From Basidiobolus meristosporus CBS 931.73 (lineage: Eukaryota; Fungi; Basidiobolomycota), in assembly GCA_002104905.1 (NCBI GenBank), contig MCFE01000833.1, positions 1 to 32,170 on the forward strand: 32,170 nt of DNA, written 5' to 3'. Shown here piece after piece: positions 9,701-18,489 of this stretch. The notes below the pieces were generated by a model. The model was not told the DNA's origin, ran no database searches, and saw only the letters and a list, made by a program, of their open reading frames with translations. The translations under genes were made by a program, and so were the position numbers. Within the stretch, counting starts at the first letter, position 1, and each line of letters opens with the position of its first letter.

Positions 9701-10372
9701 GTCCTTACCCTTGGTGTTGCCGATCGTCCTCGTGAGCATACCGCAGAGATCATTCGTGAGCTTGAGAAGCGCGGGATTCAAGTGTGGATGCTTACTGGTG
9801 ATCATCGTATCTCCGCTACGGCAATCGCTCGTGAGATCGGTATCAAGCCGGAGAGAGTGATGGCCCAGGTTGTGCCTGAAGAGAAGGCCTCCAAGGTGGC
9901 ATCTCTGCAAACCCAAGGTGTTTCGATCAACCCGGCTCATACATTCAAGGGACGTTACTTCCCATGGCTGCGCGACGGGATACCCAACCATAGAAACGCC
10001 GTGGTGGCCATGGTGGGAGATGGTATCAACGATTCACCAGCATTGGCCCAGGCTGACGTTGGTATCTCTCCATCCTCGGGAACTGACATCGCCATTGAAG
10101 CTGCCTCGATCATCCTCAACACCCCCAACCTTATCTCGCTTCTCACTATGCTTGATCTTTCAGCCAAAGTGCTTCGTAGAATCCGGTACAACTTCGCGTG
10201 GGCCTTTTTCTACAACTTCTTGGCCATCCCAGTAGCCGCTGGCGTGTTCTACCCCTTGTGGTTGCATCCCTTCCCCCCGGAACTTGCTGGATTGGCCATG
10301 GTCCTTTCCTCCGTGACGGTAATCTGCTCGTCACTTCACTTGAAGCGATTCCGCGCCAAAAAGTACCTCTAA
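6779..10372 (+). CDS. Cu(I)-transporting P1B-1 ATPase (Ccc2/CrpA/ATP7-like), 1197 aa, four N-terminal HMA domains
   Basis: Four GMTCSSC motifs, TGES, CPC in TM6, DKTGT phosphorylation site, SEHP, TGD, GDGINDSPAL, YN and MxxSS Cu(I)-specific TM motifs; intronless. Ccc2 (Golgi) versus CrpA (export) orthology cannot be decided by eye. Confidence 0.97.
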   Translation: MSSELQSIKVTQPDQSFLYRAIMQIEGMTCSSCVKSAEKALAAIDSILIDSISVSSLTGRGVANFTLDDRERLGKAIEKSISNIGYDLVDLQWEMIPNQTQPTSSQPPASEESLEYRAVMQIEGMTCSSCVKTTEKALTAIESILPETISVSALTGRGVAVFTNGDQESLGKIIEEAISNIGYDLVDLQWEVINKKKATKSTVTMSRATMQIEGMTCSSCVKTTEKALSAIETIVEGSISVSALTGRGVAVFANEDQEALGKVIEESISNIGYDLVDLQWETIQENDPSDQNESGEATTVTTNLNITGMTCSSCVNSIESNLRERDGIISCQINLLMQSGVVVHDPTKVGPRTLVELISDLGYEATVVQPSTKGPSIQERHAHETRSLLIRFLWALSFAIPAFIIGIIFDVALSKENRVRRAFASEVCPGLSVSFLIMWILATPVQFILAWPFYRKAYKSLRYAHTANMDVLVSLGTGVAYFASVGTCIANIVDKSSSEKHQFFDTTIYLITFILFGKFLEAHAKGRTFDTISKLMELQAETATLVTIKEGQPIENAQEEEIDFALVQQGDILKVNPGTRIPCDGTLYHGTSTFDESTITGESIPVRKSAENGDRVISATLNLTSPVYFIAEKVGADTTLSRIIKLVQDAQSAKKAPMEQLADMLSGVFVPLVVALAIVTFILWCALGYTGHVPTEWITKQKTSPGVFALWFAITVLVIACPCGLGLASPTAIMVGTGVAAKHGILIKGGGLALEMINRLDAIVFDKTGTLTIGKPIVSGVRMYLSADRITYGSSAPVQTEKRSDDDSKTLILSDAERLLWELVHKLESGSEHPLARAVVQYATDIIAPLVDHKKASEKQPSDGSLPADYSSVVPFEVESCQEVPGKGIEAVINVATGPEAKIFPGFIYSGSDGQESELEFASLTIQIGSPGWITSIGSQYASSVTDKQTEDREIEAFQNTGASIVQVAINGFIVLTLGVADRPREHTAEIIRELEKRGIQVWMLTGDHRISATAIAREIGIKPERVMAQVVPEEKASKVASLQTQGVSINPAHTFKGRYFPWLRDGIPNHRNAVVAMVGDGINDSPALAQADVGISPSSGTDIAIEAASIILNTPNLISLLTMLDLSAKVLRRIRYNFAWAFFYNFLAIPVAAGVFYPLWLHPFPPELAGLAMVLSSVTVICSSLHLKRFRAKKYL
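6836..7621 (+). repeat. Tandem triplication of the HMA domain inside the ATPase
   Basis: Units start at 6836, 7127 and 7397 (291 and 270 nt apart) and share MQIEGMTCSSCVK..EKAL.AI....ISVS.LTGRGVA.F...D.E.LGK.IE..ISNIGYDLVDLQWE. Confidence 0.93.
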
Positions 10373-12504
10373 ACAACAATTAGCGATTGTGATTAAGAAT
10401 GAACGCATCAATACTCTTCCATGCTTAAACTGTGTACAAATAATAAATACCACTTACCAAAAGAGCTCCCGCTTCCCCGCAATCGGATTGGTCGAGATGG
10501 CGTTTTCCATTTTACCATTCATCCCACTGATAAGAGACTATGGATTCCCTTCCCACGGGGGATCGATCTCCCGGATGGAACGCTTCCACTGATAGTGAAT
10601 TCGGATCCCTCGAGCTTCTCGATCAAGGCATTCGGCAAAAGGGTTTATCGCGGACAGGTACTTACTTGGTGAGCAGATGGGTTGAAATCGGCCCTCGCGT
10701 TGACTTTTTTGGAAACTGCGAGGAATTGAGTGGGGGAGCTTTCTTGACGAGAAGGGATGTTGCAGTATTCTTCTCTGGTTCAAGTAAGGTTGAGTGAAGA
10801 GTAACTGTTTCGCGGGGCCCAACGATTACAAGAGGCGGGCGTCCGAATGATGACACAGGATGCATCCAGTTTCATGTTTCATCTATGTGCTGCTACACCC
10901 CACCACCACATCCGCAGCCAAGCCAGCTTCTGCGTGGTGCCGCTTCCGACTTATGAGCCTAACCAAACTCGCTTAGCGTTGGCTTGAACTAGGATCCAGC
11001 GAGCAGCCCATGTTGCCCGTTTAAGATACGTGTAGAGGGGGATCCGAAATATGCATTACTTAGGGTTAAAGATGCCACCCGAAATTGGATAAATTACCAA
11101 GACCCCTTCGGTTTACAAAACATTCTTGTGGGGTCAGCCTCTATCACTGCTGATGGCCACTTATCGATAACTCTTCGGTATCGCCATTTCTATCCACACC
11201 ATCTCCTCCACCCCAGCATCTCGGAGATAATGATATGGTATTCAAGGGTGCAGTGTGTACGCTACTTGTATCTTAACTACGCAGAAAGCGGCATGCCTCA
11301 GTACCGTCACGATAAGGGTCAGTAATTGCAACTGGTATGTCAAGTGGTAAATGCAGGCATCCAGGTACAACGGTCGGTGGTCCCAGCAGGCCAACTTGAT
11401 GAGTCCTACCGAATTCGAAAGCAGGTGCGTACAAGAGATGTGCAATCGCATGTGAACTTGGAGGCGATCATCCTGGGATTTCCTAGCCTAAAATGGAAAA
11501 TCGTATCAACCGAATACGGCCAGGGAAGAAAGAAACTCCCTACTAGCCACAACAAGTATCAGTAATCCGACCGCCCCCTCGTTGGACAGCTCAACACAAC
11601 CCAAGCCTAACGTGGGCCACCCAATCGCCTCCTCCTTAATAGGTAGCCATACGGTTTCCTGTGTTTCTTCCAATCCCAAGGCCGCGCCCAATATGGCAGG
11701 TGAACCAGAGAATCGGAACCTCCCTGGCGGATTGCGAGGAATGGGAATTTTCGACGAGAAAGAAGGGTTCTCCTGGAATTCTGTCCTGCTAAAGATCCAG
11801 CATGCAGCCATAGTCCACTACTTCACTCACCCATCTTGGCTTCACACCCGCCGTTCCGCATTACGATGTTTACGAGGAGCTCAAGAATCCCCCACCATGG
11901 CCCACATGTCTATATACCGACAGATTGGCAGATGTCCAGGGGTGTTTCCGATTCGGTGAACTCCTTTCGAGATTTCCTGAACCCGCGACAAGGATTCTCC
12001 AAAATTGATACTGGCCTGCAGTTACCTCTAAAACTCAATTTCACCTGGAATTCAGATCATCGTTACCGATTGGTTACCACCTCTGAGTTTCTGCTGATTA
12101 CTGGCTTCCCACAGCGTGAATACCTTTAAGCGCCCAACAGCCAACTGCTGCCCCGTTGGAACAATGTTCTAGCGGGGGTTGGGTGGTTATGCTGTTGATA
12201 TCGATCTACCAATCAGGTGGGGTGCCCACCTTCAGCTAACCCAATGGCATTTGGGAGAATGTGGCGACAGTAGCCTAGCTAAATGAGGGAATATCTTTCC
12301 GAGTTATTTTTGTTCATTTCCATAAGTGAACGATGAGCACCTCACCAATGGATTTTCTAGATAGGTCGGAGCGCTGGATGGCTAGTGTATAAATTCCCGG
12401 TGAGGTCCCAGTCAAAGGTTTAACCACACGAGGCTCTTGAAACATCCCAGCAATCCCGGCACTGCTGCATCATCACCAACCCTATTTCACAACCAGCCAT
12501 TCAC

Positions 12505-12774
12505 ATGCCTATGCGTTTGTTCACCTCGAAGTCGTTGAGACGCCAGCAATCCAACCCACAAAGCCCCGTCGAGGAGGAATACCACTCCCCCAAGCCCACC
12601 TCTTACTTCACTCGCTCCGACTCCTACCAAAAATCGTTGAGTGAGTTGGAGACCTTCCTGGCCCCATCGACCCTGAGCAAATGTACGGTGGAAGAGAAGG
12701 CGGAGTACGCCAAGATCGCGTTTCTGTTGGACGAAAGCTTACAGTCCTTCCTCAAAACCGAGCCTCAATCCTAA
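12505..12774 (+). CDS. Hypothetical 89-aa protein, no recognised family
   Basis: ATG-started ORF with host-like codon use, TATAAA at 12388-12393 and AATAAA-like signal at ~12925; basic N-terminus, helical acidic C-terminal half. Confidence 0.55.
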   Translation: MPMRLFTSKSLRRQQSNPQSPVEEEYHSPKPTSYFTRSDSYQKSLSELETFLAPSTLSKCTVEEKAEYAKIAFLLDESLQSFLKTEPQS

Positions 12775-13198
12775 CCGCTCGTCCACACGGGAGAACCCGA
12801 TTGGAGTGTAAAAATGCCACCCCCGCCCGTACAACCGCCGCTGCTCTTCCGATAAACCATTTCGCTTTTCCAGATCCAAACTGTATCATTCCTGCTCATC
12901 AACGACCTTCATAGATGTACATATAAATAAACCCATTAATAGCCTACTCATGGTTACCCGACTTTTCATTCATTCTCCACGTGGATCGGAACCGGTGTCA
13001 GATGTTCCATCGCCGCCCACGTGGCCGACAGTTCCCTGGATTTTGGCTGATCGCTAGTGCGTCCCGGCATCGGGGACGAATCAATCACCAGGCAGGGGCT
13101 TGGCGAAGGGGAGCACGGCATGCGATGTAGAGTACAGGTCGATCCATCTCAGTGGGAACCCGCTTGGATCGTACATTAAGGGGACTTCGGGAAATCGC

Positions 13199-13204
13199 TA
13201 TATA
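13199..13204 (+). promoter_or_regulatory. TATA box of the CAP gene
   Basis: TATATA 57 nt upstream of ATG 13261, supporting 13261 rather than the GTG at 13222 as the start. Confidence 0.55.
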
Positions 13205-13260
13205 GCCGGAGCTACGGGTGGGTGAAGGGCAACCACTACCCTCTCGACCACCTACGAACC

Positions 13261-13734
13261 ATGCATTTACAAATCATCTCCCTCCGTTCGATCCTCCTTG
13301 TTCTCCTTGGCATCGTCCTGTCCGTGAGCGCCTTCTCTCCCGAGCGACTGATCTGTCTGGTCAATCAGGAACGGGTGTCCCGGTCGATGAGACCCTTGGT
13401 GCTGAGCACGGAGCTCAACGAGGTGTGCAATCGACACTCCGTCATGCAGGCGGAATACCAGAGTATGACCCACGACCGGTACGACCATTCCCCCATGGAC
13501 AAGGCGATCAAGGAACACGGCCTGCAGTGGCAGCAGTACGGCGAGAATGTGGCCCGGGGGCAGACCAGCGAGGAGGAGGTGTTCGACGTTTGGATGCACT
13601 CTCCACCCCATCGTAAGAACATCCTCAACCCGAAGTTCACCCACATGGGGGTCGCCTTGGGCCAGCCTGGATACTACTGGACCCAAGGTTTCGCCACCCT
13701 TCCCGGGCGCTTCTCCGGCCCGGTGTGCCCCTAA
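13261..13734 (+). CDS. Secreted CAP/SCP (PR-1-like) protein of the YkwD/bacterial-type subgroup, 157 aa
   Basis: Signal peptide MHLQIISLRSILLVLLGIVLSVSA; CAP motifs LVNQER, GENVARGQTS, WMHSPPHRKNILN, FTHMGVA, YWTQGF; intronless, GC-rich. Confidence 0.92.
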   Translation: MHLQIISLRSILLVLLGIVLSVSAFSPERLICLVNQERVSRSMRPLVLSTELNEVCNRHSVMQAEYQSMTHDRYDHSPMDKAIKEHGLQWQQYGENVARGQTSEEEVFDVWMHSPPHRKNILNPKFTHMGVALGQPGYYWTQGFATLPGRFSGPVCP

Positions 13735-14967
13735 ATTCCCTCCTGGAGGGGAGGATTGGTTCCCTCCTTCCCCTCCCTCTCCCCCTTCTTCGAGAGGTAT
13801 CTTATCAAGTGCATAGACGTAGCCATTCTCATTGCAATCATCCCATTCATGCCTTTGTCTTTCACTCCCCGGTCATTGCATCGAAATAAATTCCCCCAAT
13901 GCATATATCATCACTACGAAATCGCGCCGGTCCTCTCATTCCAGAGGGGGGGGGGAGGTTTGGTTGCCCGATAGCTAGCCGGTTATCACATCCCAAGCAG
14001 ACCAACTCGCAACGAAACAAACCCTCGGTTGTTGTTCAGGCCTTTACGGGCTCGTACGCCAATGGGTGGCGGGGGGAGGACCCAAGATCGGGCCTGGCAC
14101 GCCAACCGGTTGGCTGTCTGGATGGGTTGTTGGTCGATCAGTTACATATATGTTCCGGCAGGATTCATTAGGACTTGACTAGTCCTTGGCTGGCTTAGGA
14201 GTAGGATGCTCCCTTACGGATACCCTGATGATAAACCGGTGGTTACTACATCAGGGGAGCTCGGGGGAAAGTACAAAGCCCACTCGTAACTGGGAAACCC
14301 TCCTAGTGGCTTTGGAGCTCCCGCTAAACTCATGTCAACCAACCGTCCGGGTTCGCCCCTAGCCTATGGGAAAGCCAATGGTCATGTTACATCGCCAGTA
14401 CATGAAGTGGAAGGTCGAAAATACGCCTGAGGCAGCATCGTCTTCAACGAAATGTTTATGCGGAGTGACCACCAAGCCACTGGGTTGAACAATCCAGTGT
14501 GATCCAAGTGGTTACAAGTAGGGGATACCATGAATGGGATGTGATTCACCATAAGGTTAAATTCCACTGCTTGTTGTTCAGTACCTACGAGATCCTTTTT
14601 GAAAGATGCTTGGCACAGTGGTTTGGCTCCAAATCCCTCGATCCGAAGTGTCTCAAGTGAGCCACGTAATGATTACTTTGTTACTATACGGAGTACAATT
14701 GATTAAGCTAGAAGATCATGCAAAATATGCGCGTCGCCAACACATCGTGGTACGGGTGGTGTGGTATATAGAAGGCGATGTGGAGTTCTGGAGATGCTTG
14801 AAGTGATTCGGGGGAGGGCTAATAGATAGTGTTGCTGTCACCTAATGGTTGCTCGACTACAAATGTGACATGTATATGCTTGGAAGGTCTGGACAAATAT
14901 AATCTTGCCATGTCCCAACAAAGAACATGAACCAGGAATAGTGAGATTTGTTAACTGGGCTCAAAAG

Positions 14968-15670
14968 TGTTGTAAATTTTGTATTTACACCCAAACATTC
15001 ACCAAGCTTAGTCACTTGGATCATTACCTACAAATGCCAGAAAATTCTGGCCAAATATCTTGCTGGGATTTACTTGGAATATCTTCACCAAAACATCAGG
15101 CACCCAGAACATGGAATCTTACAAAGTGGTCTGGACAGCCTCAAACCTTACACTCATGCTGTTGGGACCTTACCCAGTATATTCTTTGCACTTGTTCTGC
15201 TAAGAAAATCAAAAAATGAAAGTACTAAATTTGCATCTAACAAATGACCAAGTGAGAACCACATAATCTACATGTTTTTGTTGTAAAAATTCGTATTTTC
15301 CACCTAAATATTCACCTAACTTAGTCACTCAGATCATCACCTTCAAATCCTAGAGAATACTGACCAAATTCCTTGTCGGGATTTACTTAGAATATTTTCA
15401 CCAAAATACCAGGTACCCAGAACATGAAAATTCTCAAAGTTGTCCAAACAGCCCCAAACTTTGCACACATGTTCTTGGGACCTTCCTTAACCTATTCTAC
15501 GTGTTTGCAATGCCAAGACCATGTAAAAGTATAAATACTACTTTTACATTCAATAAATCATTAAGTGAAAACCACATAATCTACTTGTTCTCCAAATCAC
15601 TTCCAATATCTCCAAGACTCTTACAATAGTTTTCCCAGTCACTTCCAGTATCCTATGAAAGCCTTCAAAG
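14968..15670 (+). mobile_element. Old diverged copia LTR (LTR-A) split by a younger solo LTR
   Basis: 14968-15278 aligns with the family LTR from TGTTGTAA to ...ccacataatctac; 15634-~15670 continues the LTR 3' end (cccagtcacttccagtatc). Confidence 0.75.
15279..15628 (+). mobile_element. Solo LTR (LTR-B, 350 bp) with 5-bp TSD GTTTT
   Basis: TGTTGTAA...TTACAATA; GTTTT at 15274-15278 and 15629-15633; no PBS or PPT adjacent. Confidence 0.9.
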
Positions 15671-16140
15671 CTGTAACTCCTTGAAGTTTTAGCCGGTAAT
15701 CAGCTGGTGTTAATGCTTGAAATTGTTAATTGCAACTCTTCCCTCTGAAAATAAAAAATTAGGAACAGGCCATTGCACTACCTGCATCATATGAGCTCAT
15801 TTCTGACCTGTTGTAAAAGTTTGTATTTCCACCTAAATATTCACCTAACTTAGTTACTTATATCATTACCTTCATATCCTAGAGAATACTGGCCAAATTC
15901 CTTGTTGGGATTTACTTAGAGTATTTACCCAGAACATGAAAATTCTCAAAGTTGTCCAAACGGCCCCAAACTTTGCACACATGTTCTGGCAACCTTCCTT
16001 AACCTATTCTACGTGTTTGTAATGCCAAGACCAGGTAAAAGTATAAATACTATTCTTACATTCAATAAATCATTAAGTGAAAACCACATAATCTACTTGT
16101 TCTCCCAATCACTTCCAATATCTCCAAGACTCTTACAACA

Positions 16141-16152
16141 GGTTATGAGTCC
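16141..16152 (+). promoter_or_regulatory. Primer-binding site for the 5' half of initiator tRNA-Met (copies at 18830-18841 + and 31258-31269 -)
   Basis: GGTTATGAG(T/C)CC abuts the LTR end; complementary to GGGCUCAUAACC, the anticodon stem-loop of fungal tRNAi-Met. Confidence 0.85.
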
Positions 16153-18489
16153 TGAGCTGTCACTCTCTGCAATGTCTACCACTGCTATTACTGGAATTTT
16201 CCCCTCTGCTGAAAAGTTGGATGGATCTAACTACCAAGTGCGGAAGGTGAAGATGAAGATGCTGCTACAAGAAAGAGGCCATTGGGATATTGTCATGCAA
16301 GAAAAATGCCCTCCTAAAAATGTGGGAGAGGAAGCCTTAAAGTACCAGAAGAAAGAACAAAGTGCCTTTAACTGCATTTGCCTTATTGTCAAGGACAAAT
16401 TGCTAATTCAATGCTCAAGAGCAACAATAGCAAAGAATGCCTGGAAAGCATTGGAAGACACCTACCAGTCATGCTCAGCTGCTAAGAAAATGTATCTGAG
16501 ACAAAAATTCTTTACTACAAAGATGCTGCCAGGAGAAGAAATGAAAAATCTAATTAACAGAATTACCCTGCTGGTAGATGAGATGGAATCTGTGGGCAAA
16601 CCAACTACTGATGAGGATGTGATAGTTACCATCCTGAATAGCCTGACAGACAGGTTTCAGGCCCTTGTATCAGCCCTAGAGCCCAGAACTGAAGATTTGA
16701 CCTTAAATTACGTATATAGAAGGCTCCTGGATGAAGAATTAAGAAAATCAAGCGCCAATAAGAAGGAAGAAGAAAATGCTTTAATAAGCAATGATAGCCA
16801 ACAAAGGAGGTACCCAAGACCCTACAAAGGCAACAGCAACCTGTTTTGTAACTACTGCAAAAGGAAAGGACACACATCAGACCAGTGTCTCAAAAAGAGA
16901 GATTCTCAGCAAAAGAAGCCTTAATATGGAAATGCTGCAACAACTGAGGATAGACTATTCATATCTGCACTAAATATGACCACAAAAGAGGATTCTCAGA
17001 TGTGGTATATTGACTCTGGGGCTTCTCAACACTTTACACACCAAAAAAAACTTTTTACCCACTATTAAGAAATTCCAATTCAGAAGGTTTTCATGGGCAA
17101 CAATAGAACACTAGATGCAGTGGGAGAAGGAACTATCCAAGTCATCCTTAGAAGCAGTAAAGGAAGGCATACAATGACCTTCAAAGAAGTACTCTATGTA
17201 CCAGAAGTAGCCAAAAACCTACTCTCTGTAAGCAAGGCCACAGCAGAAGGACTCAGTTTCAGTTTTGACAATTCTGGATGCAGGATCACTGATCAAAATG
17301 GTGCCCAAATTGCTTTGGGCATCAGAGATCAGAATCTATACAAGTTGACTTATATTCCATCATATCTGGAAGCCAATATAAGTAACTTAAATGAAGAAAC
17401 ACCAATGCTTTGGCACAGGAGATTTGGGCACATCAATTTTGATTATTTGCGCAAAATGATCAAAGATCAGCTAGTTTCTGGAGTAAAAATTGATCCCCCA
17501 GCTAATTTGGAGCACTGTGAAGCCTGCATATATGGGAAACAAGCCAGACAGCCGTTCAAGAGCTCTGGGTTAATCAAAACTAAGAAAAAATTAGATCTAA
17601 TTCACTCAGATCTGTGTGGACCTATGCAAAATTTATCCTTAGGCGGGATCAAGTATTTAATCACTTTTATTGATGATTATACAAGATACACATGGGTCTA
17701 CTTCATGGAGAGAAAGGAAGAAGCTCTGTCTAAGTTCAGGGAGTTTAAAGTCATAGTGGAGAGAGAAACTGGTGAAAAAATCAAGAAAATACGCTCTGAC
17801 AATGGTGGAGAATATACCTCAGAACTCTTCATCCGCTTCTGCAAAATTCATGGGATAAAGCAAGAGACTACTGTACCATACTCCCCACAGCAAAATGGAG
17901 TAGCAGAACAAGCTAACAGATTAATAATTGATATGTCAAGATCTATGATCCATGATCAAAAATTATCCTATGATTTTTGGGCGGAATTAGTTGCCACTGC
18001 TGTATACCTTAAAAATAGGAGTTATAACAGAATACTTTATGATTCTACTCCATTTGAAGCATGGTATGGATACAGACCAAGTGCAGAACATCTAAGAATA
18101 TTTGGGTGTACAGCATATGCCAAAAAACTGGCCGGAAATCAGTCAAAATTTGAGCCTAAATGTGTAAAATGCATATTTTTGGGCTACTGCAATGCAAGTA
18201 AGGCATGCAGACTCTACAATACCAAAGCAAAGAAGTTGATTGAGTCCAGGGATGTGTTGTTTGACAAAAATTCAAAATTTTCACAAAAAATGACATCAGA
18301 TGATGACAAAAATTTGATCTCAAGTCCACCAATATTCAGGATTGAATCAGAGCAAAACAATGAAATTTCTTCACTCCAGAGGACTCTACAACCATGGTTC
18401 AGCCAGAATCATTGCCCAGGAATATCCCAGAAGTGATCATTCCAGTATCAAATGCCCAGAGATCCAATCAGACAAGAAATAGCCCAAAT
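16145..18489 (+). pseudogene. gag-pol pseudogene of element 1
   Basis: ORF pieces 16145-16924 and 17093-18436 are in the same frame, separated by two stops; frameshift near 18365. Confidence 0.9.

Larger units (their letters stand above)
15809..18489 (+). mobile_element. Ty1/copia element 1, 5' half (LTR-C 15809-16140, PBS, gag, protease, integrase), truncated by element 2
   Basis: LTR, PBS GGTTATGAGTCC, gag with CNYCKRKGHTSDQC zinc knuckle, WYIDSGAS protease, LWHRRFGH/CEAC, IHSDLCGP, RSDNGGEY integrase; in-frame TAA at 16922 and 17066. Confidence 0.95.

Noticed and set aside
7033-10235. Many overlapping and antisense ORFs up to 294 aa within the ATPase
   Set aside because: Shadow ORFs caused by codon bias of the real gene.
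11128-12129. Several 65-125 aa ORFs on both strands
   Set aside because: Could not be joined into a coherent spliced gene and no family was recognised; may be a decayed gene.
14223-14274. Hammerhead ribozyme (CTGATGA ... GAAA)
   Set aside because: No stem II closing onto GAAA and no stem I/III partners; CTGATG is itself sequestered in a hairpin.
14232-14300. SRP RNA (TAAACCG and GGAAAC motifs)
   Set aside because: Spacing is too long and the conserved helix-8 internal loop (AGG/AGCAG) is missing.
16922-16930. Programmed stop read-through at the gag/pol junction
   Set aside because: Context TAA-TAT-GGA is not a CARYYA-type signal, element 3 has GAA here, and a second shared stop follows 144 nt later.
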